Source: Candidatus Latescibacterota bacterium
GTDB taxonomy: Bacteria; Latescibacterota; UBA2968; UBA8231
Assembly: GCA_965208105.1 (NCBI GenBank)
Contig: OZ242318.1
Location: forward strand, 128,001 to 192,000
Reading direction: 5' to 3'
DNA length: 64,000 bases
Below, piece after piece: positions 1 to 9,282 of the stretch. Both the position numbers and the translations under genes were made by a program. Position 1 is the stretch's first letter, and every line of letters starts with the position of its first letter. The notes beneath the pieces were generated by a model. It saw only the letters and a program-made list of their open reading frames with translations. It did not search any database and was not told the DNA's origin.

Positions 1-1
1 G

Positions 2-115
2 CAGCGGGCGATGAGGTTGGGCGAACAGGCGCTCCAGGCCTTTGAAGACGGCTGGAGCGAGGGCTTCGCATCCCTGCCCAACCTCGACCTGGACACCGCC
101 GAAGAAACCCGATGA
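2..115 (+). CDS. 3' end of a gene truncated by the window edge (unknown product)
   Basis: Frame 2 is open from the edge (QRAMRLGEQALQAFEDGWSEGFASLPNLDLDTAEETR) to TGA 113-115, which overlaps the next start (ATGA coupling). Confidence 0.55.
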   Translation, partial: QRAMRLGEQALQAFEDGWSEGFASLPNLDLDTAEETR

Positions 116-1380
116 TGGACCTGAATTTCGTCGAGCTCGGGCGTTTTGCCGCAGGCATCGCGGCGGTCGCCGGGCTCTGTCTCCTGATTTTTATTCTGCG
201 CAAGAGGTCGCCGGGCGAGGGGATCGTCCGGAGTATGCTGGAATCCGGGGTTCATTATGCCGCCGCCGGGGTACTGCTGGGATACACCCTTTTGCCGGCG
301 CTGAGGCATTCCTCTGCCGAAACCTTGCTCCTGGCCGCGGCATTTTTCGGTGGCTGGTTCGGTTTCGCCGCCGGATGCAGTCTCGACGTGCGCGTCCTGC
401 GCCGCCGGTCCCCGGGACTGGGGCTGCTGGAGCCCGGTCAGGCCGCACTGGTAGGAGCGTTCATCTTTCTTGCCACCCTCGCATTGGGCAGGTTCTTCGG
501 AGCGGCCACCTCCGACCTCAAGGGAGCTGCTCTATTGACCCTCTGTGGAATCTGTGCGGCGGGCAAGCTGCATATCGGTGGTGGCTCGGTACGGGGGCAA
601 TCCAACCTCAGGCAGGGAATCTGGCCACCGGCCCTGGCCACCACCCTGGGAATTGTTCTGGTCGGGCTGGGCACCAATCAGTTGCGCGAAGTTTCATTTC
701 AAATCCGTCAACCCTTTGCCGATGCCACCCGCACCATAGCAGTGGATGGTCCTGGGGCGGAGATTTTTTGGAGTCTGGTGCTGGGGGCGCTTATCGGCCT
801 GGTCGCCGACCTCCTGATAAGGGGAGTCGATGGGAGATTCCTCAATTTCCTGCTCATTGGCTCATTGATGCTGGGGACCGGAATCGCCGGAGTGCTCGGG
901 CTCGAACCACTCTGGATTGGTCTCGCCGCGGGCATTTGGCTGATCAACACCACCCTGCGGCGGTTGGATGTCCTCGGGACCGTCGAGCGCAACCACGGCC
1001 TTGTCCAGGCAGGGGTGTTTTTCGTTGCGGGCTGGATGCTCGGCAATGGATTGGCCCAGCACCAGATGAATCCAGGTGTATTTGCCTGGGTGCTGATATC
1101 GCTCGTGGTCCTGCGTCCCCTTTCCCGATTGGCGGTCCTGCGGGCGGCCGAGCGCATCTGGGGGAGGAGCAGGTTGCAGCCCTACATGTTGGAGGGCTTG
1201 CTCGATCTGGACGCTCTGGCCTTTATCGTGGCGATGACCCTGTCCAGTATCCTGCCGCCGGGGGCGGGGCTCGGGATGTTGGGGGCGGTGATGGCCGGGC
1301 GGTTTTGCCTGCGTCCCGTCGCAATGCTGCTGCAACAATGGACCAGTTTTGGAGGGAGAAAGGCGCCTTCTCATCCCTAG
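112..1380 (+). CDS. Polytopic membrane protein, cation/H+ antiporter (CPA2/Kef-like) transmembrane domain
   Basis: About 12 hydrophobic segments; antiporter-like patterns (FGFAAG, LGLEPLWIGLAAGIWLIN, FFVAGW). Its TAG stop lies in the CTAG of a repeat element. Confidence 0.6.
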   Translation: MMDLNFVELGRFAAGIAAVAGLCLLIFILRKRSPGEGIVRSMLESGVHYAAAGVLLGYTLLPALRHSSAETLLLAAAFFGGWFGFAAGCSLDVRVLRRRSPGLGLLEPGQAALVGAFIFLATLALGRFFGAATSDLKGAALLTLCGICAAGKLHIGGGSVRGQSNLRQGIWPPALATTLGIVLVGLGTNQLREVSFQIRQPFADATRTIAVDGPGAEIFWSLVLGALIGLVADLLIRGVDGRFLNFLLIGSLMLGTGIAGVLGLEPLWIGLAAGIWLINTTLRRLDVLGTVERNHGLVQAGVFFVAGWMLGNGLAQHQMNPGVFAWVLISLVVLRPLSRLAVLRAAERIWGRSRLQPYMLEGLLDLDALAFIVAMTLSSILPPGAGLGMLGAVMAGRFCLRPVAMLLQQWTSFGGRKAPSHP

Positions 1381-1544
1381 CAGCCCGTTGATAGAGTTGC
1401 TCTGCAGGCGAGGCCGAGTCATGGCGGCCGAAGGCAAGGCCTGCGACCGAGGCGAATCGGTGGGATTCGGGGAGGGAGCGCAACGCCGTATTTGACCGCC
1501 AGGGCCGGCCGCAGCCCGGATGGACTTTTTCAACGGGCTGCCAG
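1377..1544. mobile_element. 168-bp CTAG-flanked fold-back element (MITE-like), divergent family member
   Basis: TIR CTAGCAGCCCGTTGA / TCAACGGGCTGCCAG (14/15). Core CAAGGC..GAG-hairpin(CGAATC/GATTCG)-GAG..GCAACGCCG and length match the other copies. Confidence 0.7.
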
Positions 1545-1565
1545 GCAGCGGATGGAACCGGGGGC

Positions 1566-2873
<1,308 letters not shown>

Positions 2874-2904
2874 TCAATTCCGGGGGCGTGACAGGTCGAA
2901 TTGA

Positions 2905-4710
2905 ATGGTTGATAACTTTTTAGATTACATATTGTTGAGAAAGCTGTCAAGGAGTGTGGCGGCACTGTTGATCGCGGGGGTTCTGGGTGGGGAACCCCGG
3001 GTTGCCACGGCGGTGAACGTGCCCCTCGATCACTGGGGTTACCGCCTGATCGAGCGCTTCGAAGCCCGGGGGATTCTGCGCGGCCTGGGCGATGGCATCA
3101 AGCCGTTCAGCCGCGTCGAAATGGCGCGGGCGCTGGTCGCGGTTGCCGCGGCGGAGCAAAAGGGCGCCTCTCTGACCGGGGTGGAAAGGCAGGAAGTCCT
3201 GCTCCTGTGGAGCGAGTTCAGAGAAGAGCTGGCGGCCCTGGGAGCAGAGGTGGAATCCGCGGGTGCGTCCTGGCGCGACCGCGTGCGCGGCGGGGAATAC
3301 CCCATCCACTACCGCACCGCACAGGGAGAACTCTTCGCCGACCTTCTTTTTCGCCAGCAGACAGATCTGTTCAGCGGCCGCGGGCGCTCGAAAGGGGAAC
3401 GGGTTTTCAGAAACCGGGTTGGTGGAGTGGTGCACGGGAATTTCATGCACAAGGTCGGCTACAGCATGCGCTTCGAGCAGACCAGGGAGCAGGGGAGCCG
3501 AACCTACCACCTGCGCGACGATGTGTTCGAGCGCCGCATCGAGGTGCCGCAGTTGAAGGGAGAGGTGGTTGATTTCCACGAAGGAATGGCCTCTCTCCAC
3601 TTCTCACTTCCCTTTCTCGAGGTGGAGCTGGGCAAGGGCGAGGCAGCCTGGGGGCCTGCGCCCGAGGACAACCTTGGCCTCAGCCGGAACGCTCCCTCCT
3701 TCGATATGCTGCGGCTGCGCGCGCGCTACGGAGCCTTCAAGCTGGTGAGTATCGCCGGGTCTCTCCGCCCCTGTCCCGCCCGGGGTGATTCTCCCCTTTG
3801 CTCCGGTACGGTGGATTCACTGGCCTCCTATACGGTCAACGGTCTTCCGCGCCGGCTCGAGCGCAGCAAGTACCTGGCGGCCCACCGCCTGGAGGTGGAA
3901 CTTGCCCGCTGGATCGATCTGGGATTCCAGGAAATGGTCGTCTACGGCGACCGGGGTCCGGAGATCGCCTATCTCAACCCGGTCATGTTCTACTGGGCGG
4001 CGCAGAGCTACCTGGGGGACAAGGACAACGTGATGATGGGGGTGGACGTGGACATCCATCCGGGGAATGGCATTCGTCTCTATCTCGCCTACGTGGTGGA
4101 CGACCTGAAAAAGCTGCGCATCTTCAGCAACGACTACGCCAACAAGTTCTCCCTGCAGACCGGGTTGCTTTGGGTTGACCCTTTCGGCCTCGGAGATTCC
4201 GAGATGCGGGCCGAGTACGTGCGCATCGAGCCGTGGATCTACACCCACAAATTCCCCGTCAATACCTTCCGCCACTTCGACGCGCCGCTGGGCCACGCTC
4301 TCGGGCCCAACAGCGACCGCTGGAAGTTGAGCGCGGCCAGGCGCCTTACCCGCGACCTCTCCCTTGACCTGGAGGTGAGCCGGACCCGGCACGGCGACAA
4401 CGAGCTGCTGGAGGACGGAAGCGTGATCAACCGGGGAGGAGACTTGCACCTGGGACGGCGCGCGGGAGACGAGGTCGATAGCAAGCGTTTCCTCGCGGGC
4501 AACCTGGGGAAGCGGGCGGCTGCGGGCGCGAAAATCTCCATGCGCATATGGCCCTTCCTCTTCATCGAGGCCGGCTACGAGAGCGAATGGGGCAGCAATG
4601 TGCCCCTGCCTCCGCGCTGGGGCCGCAACGTTTCCCTTCACAAGCGCTCGGGGTACGGAGACGGCCGCCAGCAGCACTTCAGCCTCGACCTGCGCTACCA
4701 GTATTTTTGA
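2905..4710 (+). CDS. Capsule assembly Wzi-family outer-membrane beta-barrel protein
   Basis: Signal-like N-terminus, KPFSRVEMARAL, WGP...LGLSRNAPSFD, KYLAAHRLE, YLNP, DN, PLGHALGPNSD, C-terminal LRYQYF. Start codon uncertain. Confidence 0.75.
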   Translation: MVDNFLDYILLRKLSRSVAALLIAGVLGGEPRVATAVNVPLDHWGYRLIERFEARGILRGLGDGIKPFSRVEMARALVAVAAAEQKGASLTGVERQEVLLLWSEFREELAALGAEVESAGASWRDRVRGGEYPIHYRTAQGELFADLLFRQQTDLFSGRGRSKGERVFRNRVGGVVHGNFMHKVGYSMRFEQTREQGSRTYHLRDDVFERRIEVPQLKGEVVDFHEGMASLHFSLPFLEVELGKGEAAWGPAPEDNLGLSRNAPSFDMLRLRARYGAFKLVSIAGSLRPCPARGDSPLCSGTVDSLASYTVNGLPRRLERSKYLAAHRLEVELARWIDLGFQEMVVYGDRGPEIAYLNPVMFYWAAQSYLGDKDNVMMGVDVDIHPGNGIRLYLAYVVDDLKKLRIFSNDYANKFSLQTGLLWVDPFGLGDSEMRAEYVRIEPWIYTHKFPVNTFRHFDAPLGHALGPNSDRWKLSAARRLTRDLSLDLEVSRTRHGDNELLEDGSVINRGGDLHLGRRAGDEVDSKRFLAGNLGKRAAAGAKISMRIWPFLFIEAGYESEWGSNVPLPPRWGRNVSLHKRSGYGDGRQQHFSLDLRYQYF

Positions 4711-4721
4711 GTCCTCTCGCC

Positions 4722-5825
4722 ATGTCCCTGTTTGATTTGTTGCTCACTGGCTCCGGTGCGGTGTATACCGCCGCCATCCTGTGGCTGCTGGCCGGGCTTC
4801 GACGCGGCAGGGCCCCAACCTCCCCGCGGAGCATCAGCACCAGCATCATCGTCGCCGCCCGCAACGAAGCCGGCTCCATCGAGTCCTGCCTGCAGGCGCT
4901 CAAGAGGCAGGACTACGAGGGCGCTATGGAAGTGGTGGTGATCGACGACCGCTCCCGGGACGATACCGCTGCACGGGTGCTCGAACAGGCGCGGGAATGG
5001 CCCCGTCTGAAACTAGTGCGGGCACGTGAGAAGGGGCCATTCAGATGCCCCAAGAAGAGCGCCCTGGCCCGGGGCATCGACGCCAGCGGCGGGGAGCTGC
5101 TGCTCTTCACCGATGCCGACTGCCGCCCCCCTCCCGGGTGGGTGCGGTCCACCGCCGCCCACTTTGCCGATGACGTTGGACTGGTTGCCGGATATGCCTG
5201 TTTCCGACCGGGAAAGTCAGCAAGGCTCGGCCTGCTGGCCCTGGACAACCTCGCCGTGGCCGCGCTGAGCGCCGGCAGCGTGGGGATGGGCCACGTCCTT
5301 GCCTGCACCGGCCGCAATCTGGCTTACCGCCGGCAGGTCTACGAGGAGGTGGGGGGATTCGAGTCCATAGGCCATTTGATCGGCGGCGACGATGTCTACT
5401 TCGCCCGCCTGGTTGCACGGCGCAGCGGGTGGCGCCTGGTGTACAACCGCGCCGCCGAGGCTGCCGTTCCCTGCAATCCGGGGAGTGGAGGCTGGGCCGA
5501 CCTGATGCAGCAGAAACTGCGCCATGCCTCCAAGGCCGGGCACTACCGGGGATTCGCCCTCGTCCTGGCCGCGGTGGTGTATCTGTTCCATCTTCTGCTT
5601 CTGGCCGGGGCAGCCCGGATGGCCTTGCAATGGTCATGGGATGCTCTGCTTCTGAGCGTATGGGGGGTGCGGTTCCTGGTGGATTTTATCCTGCTGTGGA
5701 GCTTCGCCCCGGTGCGCGAGCGCGGATTGATCGCCTATTTGCCCTTGCTGGAGCTTCTGTACATTCCCTATGTTCTGGTGTTCACGGTGCTGGGAAGGCT
5801 GGGCTGGTTCCGCTGGAAATCGTGA
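4722..5825 (+). CDS. Glycosyltransferase family 2 (membrane-anchored)
   Basis: SIIVAARNE, DDRSRDDT, KKSAL, FTDADC, GRNLAYRR, GDD, QKLRH; start moved to ATG 4722 just after the wzi stop. Confidence 0.9.
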   Translation: MSLFDLLLTGSGAVYTAAILWLLAGLRRGRAPTSPRSISTSIIVAARNEAGSIESCLQALKRQDYEGAMEVVVIDDRSRDDTAARVLEQAREWPRLKLVRAREKGPFRCPKKSALARGIDASGGELLLFTDADCRPPPGWVRSTAAHFADDVGLVAGYACFRPGKSARLGLLALDNLAVAALSAGSVGMGHVLACTGRNLAYRRQVYEEVGGFESIGHLIGGDDVYFARLVARRSGWRLVYNRAAEAAVPCNPGSGGWADLMQQKLRHASKAGHYRGFALVLAAVVYLFHLLLLAGAARMALQWSWDALLLSVWGVRFLVDFILLWSFAPVRERGLIAYLPLLELLYIPYVLVFTVLGRLGWFRWKS

Positions 5826-5838
5826 GGTAGCTGTTCCA

Positions 5839-6909
5839 ATGGCGTTTCTCCTGTCTCCAAAATCGATACCGCGCTACATCGAACGGTACGGCTATGCCTT
5901 TTCGTGGAAACGGCTGTGGAACTTCTCCAAGGTGATGGGCTCCATGGGACTCTCCTGGGCATTGCGCCGTCCCGTGGTCTGGGGCGAGCCGTTCATGCTC
6001 ATGGTGGAGCCGACCAACTTCTGCAATCTCAAATGTCCCCTCTGTCCGTCGGGCAACGGCGAGATGACGCGGGCGCGCGGCAAGATGGACCTGGATCAGT
6101 TCAAGACCCTGATCGACGGAGTGGGCGACAACCTGATCCTCCTGATGCTGTGGAACCAGGGCGAGCCCTTCATCAATCCCTGCTTCACGGAGATGGTCCG
6201 CTACGCTCATGGCAAGCGCATTCCAACCCTGACCAGTACCAACGGCCACTTCATTCGGACCGAGGAGCAGGCACGGGCGGTGGTCGAGTCCGGGCTCGAC
6301 GAGATCATCGTGTCGCTGGACGGAGTGGACCAGGAGACCTACGCGCGCTACCGGGTTGGAGGAAAGATCGAGCGTGTGTTCGACGCGGTGCGGCTGCTGG
6401 CGCGGGCCAGGAAGGATCTGGGAGTGCGCAATCCGCTGATCAACCTGCAATTCATCGTCTTCAAGCACAACGAGGAGGATCTGTCCACTGCATCGCGCCT
6501 TGCCGCCGAGCTCGAGGCGGACAAGTTCCTGGTCAAGACCGCCCAGGTCTACACCTCCGAAGAGGCCGATGCCTTTCTTCCCGAGCGCGAGGAGCTGCGG
6601 CGTTACTCCAGCACCGCGGAAGGGGATCTCGAGGTCAAGGAGCAGCCGGTGCGGGGTTGCAAGGTGCTCTGGTACAGCTCCATGGTCAACTGGAACGGGG
6701 CGGTGGCGCCCTGCTGCTTCGACAAGGACGTGGATTTCGAGATGGGTCAGGCCTTCGGTGAGCAGTCCTTTTCGCGAATCTGGAACGGCCGGGCCTACAT
6801 GGATTTCCGCCGCCGGATCCTCGACGACCGCAAGAGCGTGGACATGTGCCGGAACTGCTCGGAAGGCTACCGGGGGATGTTCTCCCTGATCGAGGAAATC
6901 CGCGGTTGA
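5839..6909 (+). CDS. Radical SAM protein with SPASM/twitch domain
   Basis: EPTNFCNLKCPLC (CxxxCxxC), GEP, C-terminal C..W..G.VAPCCFD..IWN..CRNC. Confidence 0.92.
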   Translation: MAFLLSPKSIPRYIERYGYAFSWKRLWNFSKVMGSMGLSWALRRPVVWGEPFMLMVEPTNFCNLKCPLCPSGNGEMTRARGKMDLDQFKTLIDGVGDNLILLMLWNQGEPFINPCFTEMVRYAHGKRIPTLTSTNGHFIRTEEQARAVVESGLDEIIVSLDGVDQETYARYRVGGKIERVFDAVRLLARARKDLGVRNPLINLQFIVFKHNEEDLSTASRLAAELEADKFLVKTAQVYTSEEADAFLPEREELRRYSSTAEGDLEVKEQPVRGCKVLWYSSMVNWNGAVAPCCFDKDVDFEMGQAFGEQSFSRIWNGRAYMDFRRRILDDRKSVDMCRNCSEGYRGMFSLIEEIRG

Positions 6910-6938
6910 CCTCCGCTCTTCTGCACTGACTTTTTCCC

Positions 6939-8111
6939 ATGGACCAGTTCCTGCAGGACCTGCGGCCCTTTCTCCAGGCCGCGCTCGTGGTGAGTACGGG
7001 GGTTTACGCATTCGGGGTCCTGTGGTTCGCCAGCGGAATGAGACGGTCCCCGAGGTCGAAGGGTGCTGAGCCTTCCGTGTCCGTGGTCCTCGCCGCCCGC
7101 GACGAGGAGGCCAGTATCGGCCTCTGTCTGGGCGACCTTCTCGCCCAGACCTATCCCAGGCACGCCTATGAAGTGGTGGTCGTGGACGACGGCTCCTCGG
7201 ATGGGACCGCCGAAGTAGTAGCAAAGGTGGCCGAGTCCGGCGCCGCCGTGCGTCTGCTCCACAGCGCGGATGGGGTCGGGCGGGCGGGGTCCAAGAAGGC
7301 CGCCCTGGGCCTGGGGGTGCGGTCCGCGCGCGGGGAGATCATCCTGACCACGGACGCCGACTGCCGCCTTCCTCCCACCTGGGTGCGCAGCATGGTGGAC
7401 TGCTTCGGGCCGGACGTGGGCATGGTCGCGGGGTTTTCCCAGGTTGGAAATCCCGGCGAGGTGCAGGGGGTGCGGCAGGGTTGGGAGGCGGTGGATTTTC
7501 TCTGCCTGATGGCCAGTGCGGCCGGCAGCGCCGGCCACGGCCATCCCATGGGTGCTTCCGGTCAGAATCTTGCCTATCGCAAGCTCGCTTTCGACGAGGT
7601 CGGGGGCTTTCGAAGGGTGCAGCACCGCGCATCGGGGGACGACGTCCTGCTGCTGCACCTGATCCGGCGCCTCACCTCCTGGCGGGTCGAATTTGCCGCC
7701 GAACCAGGAGCCAGTGTGGTGCATCCCTTCTCCTCGTCCTGGCGGGAGCTTCTCAGCCGCCGCGCCCGCTGGGCGTCCAACGCTCCCTACCAGTTCCTCA
7801 TGGACCCTCTCTTCTTCGCCTACCTGCTGAGCGCCTTCGGGTCCAGTCTGCTGCTGGCCGCGATGTGCGTGCTGGTGCCGGCCATGGGATGGAGCCCCGC
7901 CGTCCTGGTCGCCGCATGGGGGGGGAGGGCACTGGCGGAGGGGATTCTCTGCGGCCGCGCCTGCCACTTTCTCAGGCGTCCTGATCTTCTCCGCTACTAT
8001 CCTCTCTGGGTCCTCTCACAGCCCTTCTATACGGTGTTGATCGGTTTTGCGGGAATGCTGGGACGGTTCGACTGGAAGGGCAAGCGCCACCGCTGGGGCA
8101 GGAGCGCCTAG
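6939..8111 (+). CDS. Glycosyltransferase family 2 (membrane-anchored)
   Basis: SVVLAARDEE, VDDGSSDGT, KKAAL, TTDADC, GQNLAYRK, SGDD, RRARW; paralogue of 4722-5825. Confidence 0.9.
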   Translation: MDQFLQDLRPFLQAALVVSTGVYAFGVLWFASGMRRSPRSKGAEPSVSVVLAARDEEASIGLCLGDLLAQTYPRHAYEVVVVDDGSSDGTAEVVAKVAESGAAVRLLHSADGVGRAGSKKAALGLGVRSARGEIILTTDADCRLPPTWVRSMVDCFGPDVGMVAGFSQVGNPGEVQGVRQGWEAVDFLCLMASAAGSAGHGHPMGASGQNLAYRKLAFDEVGGFRRVQHRASGDDVLLLHLIRRLTSWRVEFAAEPGASVVHPFSSSWRELLSRRARWASNAPYQFLMDPLFFAYLLSAFGSSLLLAAMCVLVPAMGWSPAVLVAAWGGRALAEGILCGRACHFLRRPDLLRYYPLWVLSQPFYTVLIGFAGMLGRFDWKGKRHRWGRSA

Positions 8112-8194
8112 GCGGAGAGAGGTCCCGTGCCCGGACGGCCGCTCGGACCCTGGTCCTCGATGCCGCGGGGACCGGAGTCATCGCCGCCCCTGGA

Positions 8195-8362
8195 CTAGTG
8201 TGCCGTCGCAGAAATATGTCGCCATTATTCCGCCGATCCATCCCGGCTCACGGCGTTGCCTTCACTCGCCGTACACCACTGGTACGACTCGCTCAGGCGC
8301 CTTGTGAGCCTGGCGCCTCGGCGGCCCAATTGCGTCAACCTATCTCTGCGACGGCACACTAG
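8195..8362. mobile_element. 168-bp CTAG-flanked fold-back element (MITE-like), copy A
   Basis: Perfect 18-bp TIR CTAGTGTGCCGTCGCAGA / TCTGCGACGGCACACTAG; near-identical to 37430-37597 and, inverted, to 53722-53887. Confidence 0.9.
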
Positions 8363-9282
8363 GAGAAGGCGCGCTCCAGCAGCCCGTAGCGAGTTCCCCG
8401 GGTCGAAACGATCAGGCCTGGACACTCGAAGATCTTCAGGGCCTGGCCGAGGATGAGGGCCCCCGCGGCGATGATGTCGGCGCGCGCTTCGTTGACCTGG
8501 GGGATGTTTCTGGTTTCGGCGAGGGACAGGGAGAGCAGGCAGGCGGCCAACTCCTCGACCCGCGGCCGGGTCAGAAAGTGGCCGTTGAGTTCCTCCGCGT
8601 CGAAGCGTGCGGCCTTCGCGTCGATGGCACCCAGGGTAGTCGCGGTGCCGGCCACGCCCACCAGAGCCACTCTGGGGGGATAGGGGAACAAAGAGCCCAG
8701 CGCCTCCCGGACCGTGGCCGCGGCCCGCTGCTGCATGGCGAGGGGCGGCGGCAGCACGGTGAAATAGCGCTCCGCAATTCTGACCGCCCCCACGTCCACG
8801 GACTGATACCTCTCCACCCTCTCCTTGCTGCCGATGGCCAGCTCGGTGGAGCCTCCGCCGATGTCGAGCACGCCGTAGCGCTGGGGCAGGTCGAGCCCGA
8901 TGCCGGCGCCGGCGAAGGTGAGGCGGGCCTCCTGCTCTCCGGATAGTTCAACCAGATCGATCCCGGTCTCCGCCTTTACCAGCTCGATGAAAGCGGCCTT
9001 GTTGGACGCGTCGCGCAAAGCCGACGTGCCGTAGGCGGTGACGCGCCGGGCCCCGAAGGATCTTGCCCGCCGGCGGTAGCTGTGGAGGAAAGAGCACACC
9101 CGGGCCATGGTTTCCGGTCCAATCCGGCGCCGGGCGTCCACGTCCTTGCCGAGGCGCGCGATGGCGTGGGCGTCGTCGAGTATTTCTATGGAGCCGTCCG
9201 CACCCCGGCGGCCCGTTACCATGAGGATGGTGTTGGTGCCCAGGTCGATTACCGCCCTGGCATCCTCAGCGTCGCAGGGCAT
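8359..9282 (-). CDS. Ppx/GppA family phosphatase
   Basis: AVIDLGTNT, GTSALRDASN, LSGEQEARLTF, DIGGGSTE, RADIIAAGALIL. Confidence 0.93.
   Translation of the reverse strand: MPCDAEDARAVIDLGTNTILMVTGRRGADGSIEILDDAHAIARLGKDVDARRRIGPETMARVCSFLHSYRRRARSFGARRVTAYGTSALRDASNKAAFIELVKAETGIDLVELSGEQEARLTFAGAGIGLDLPQRYGVLDIGGGSTELAIGSKERVERYQSVDVGAVRIAERYFTVLPPPLAMQQRAAATVREALGSLFPYPPRVALVGVAGTATTLGAIDAKAARFDAEELNGHFLTRPRVEELAACLLSLSLAETRNIPQVNEARADIIAAGALILGQALKIFECPGLIVSTRGTRYGLLERAFS

Noticed and set aside
8225-8456. Recurrent short ORFs such as MPSLAVHHWYDSLRRLVS (also near 14.6, 37.5 and 53.8 kb)
   Set aside because: These are translations of the repeat element with no RBS or consistent start and stop, so not treated as a protein family.
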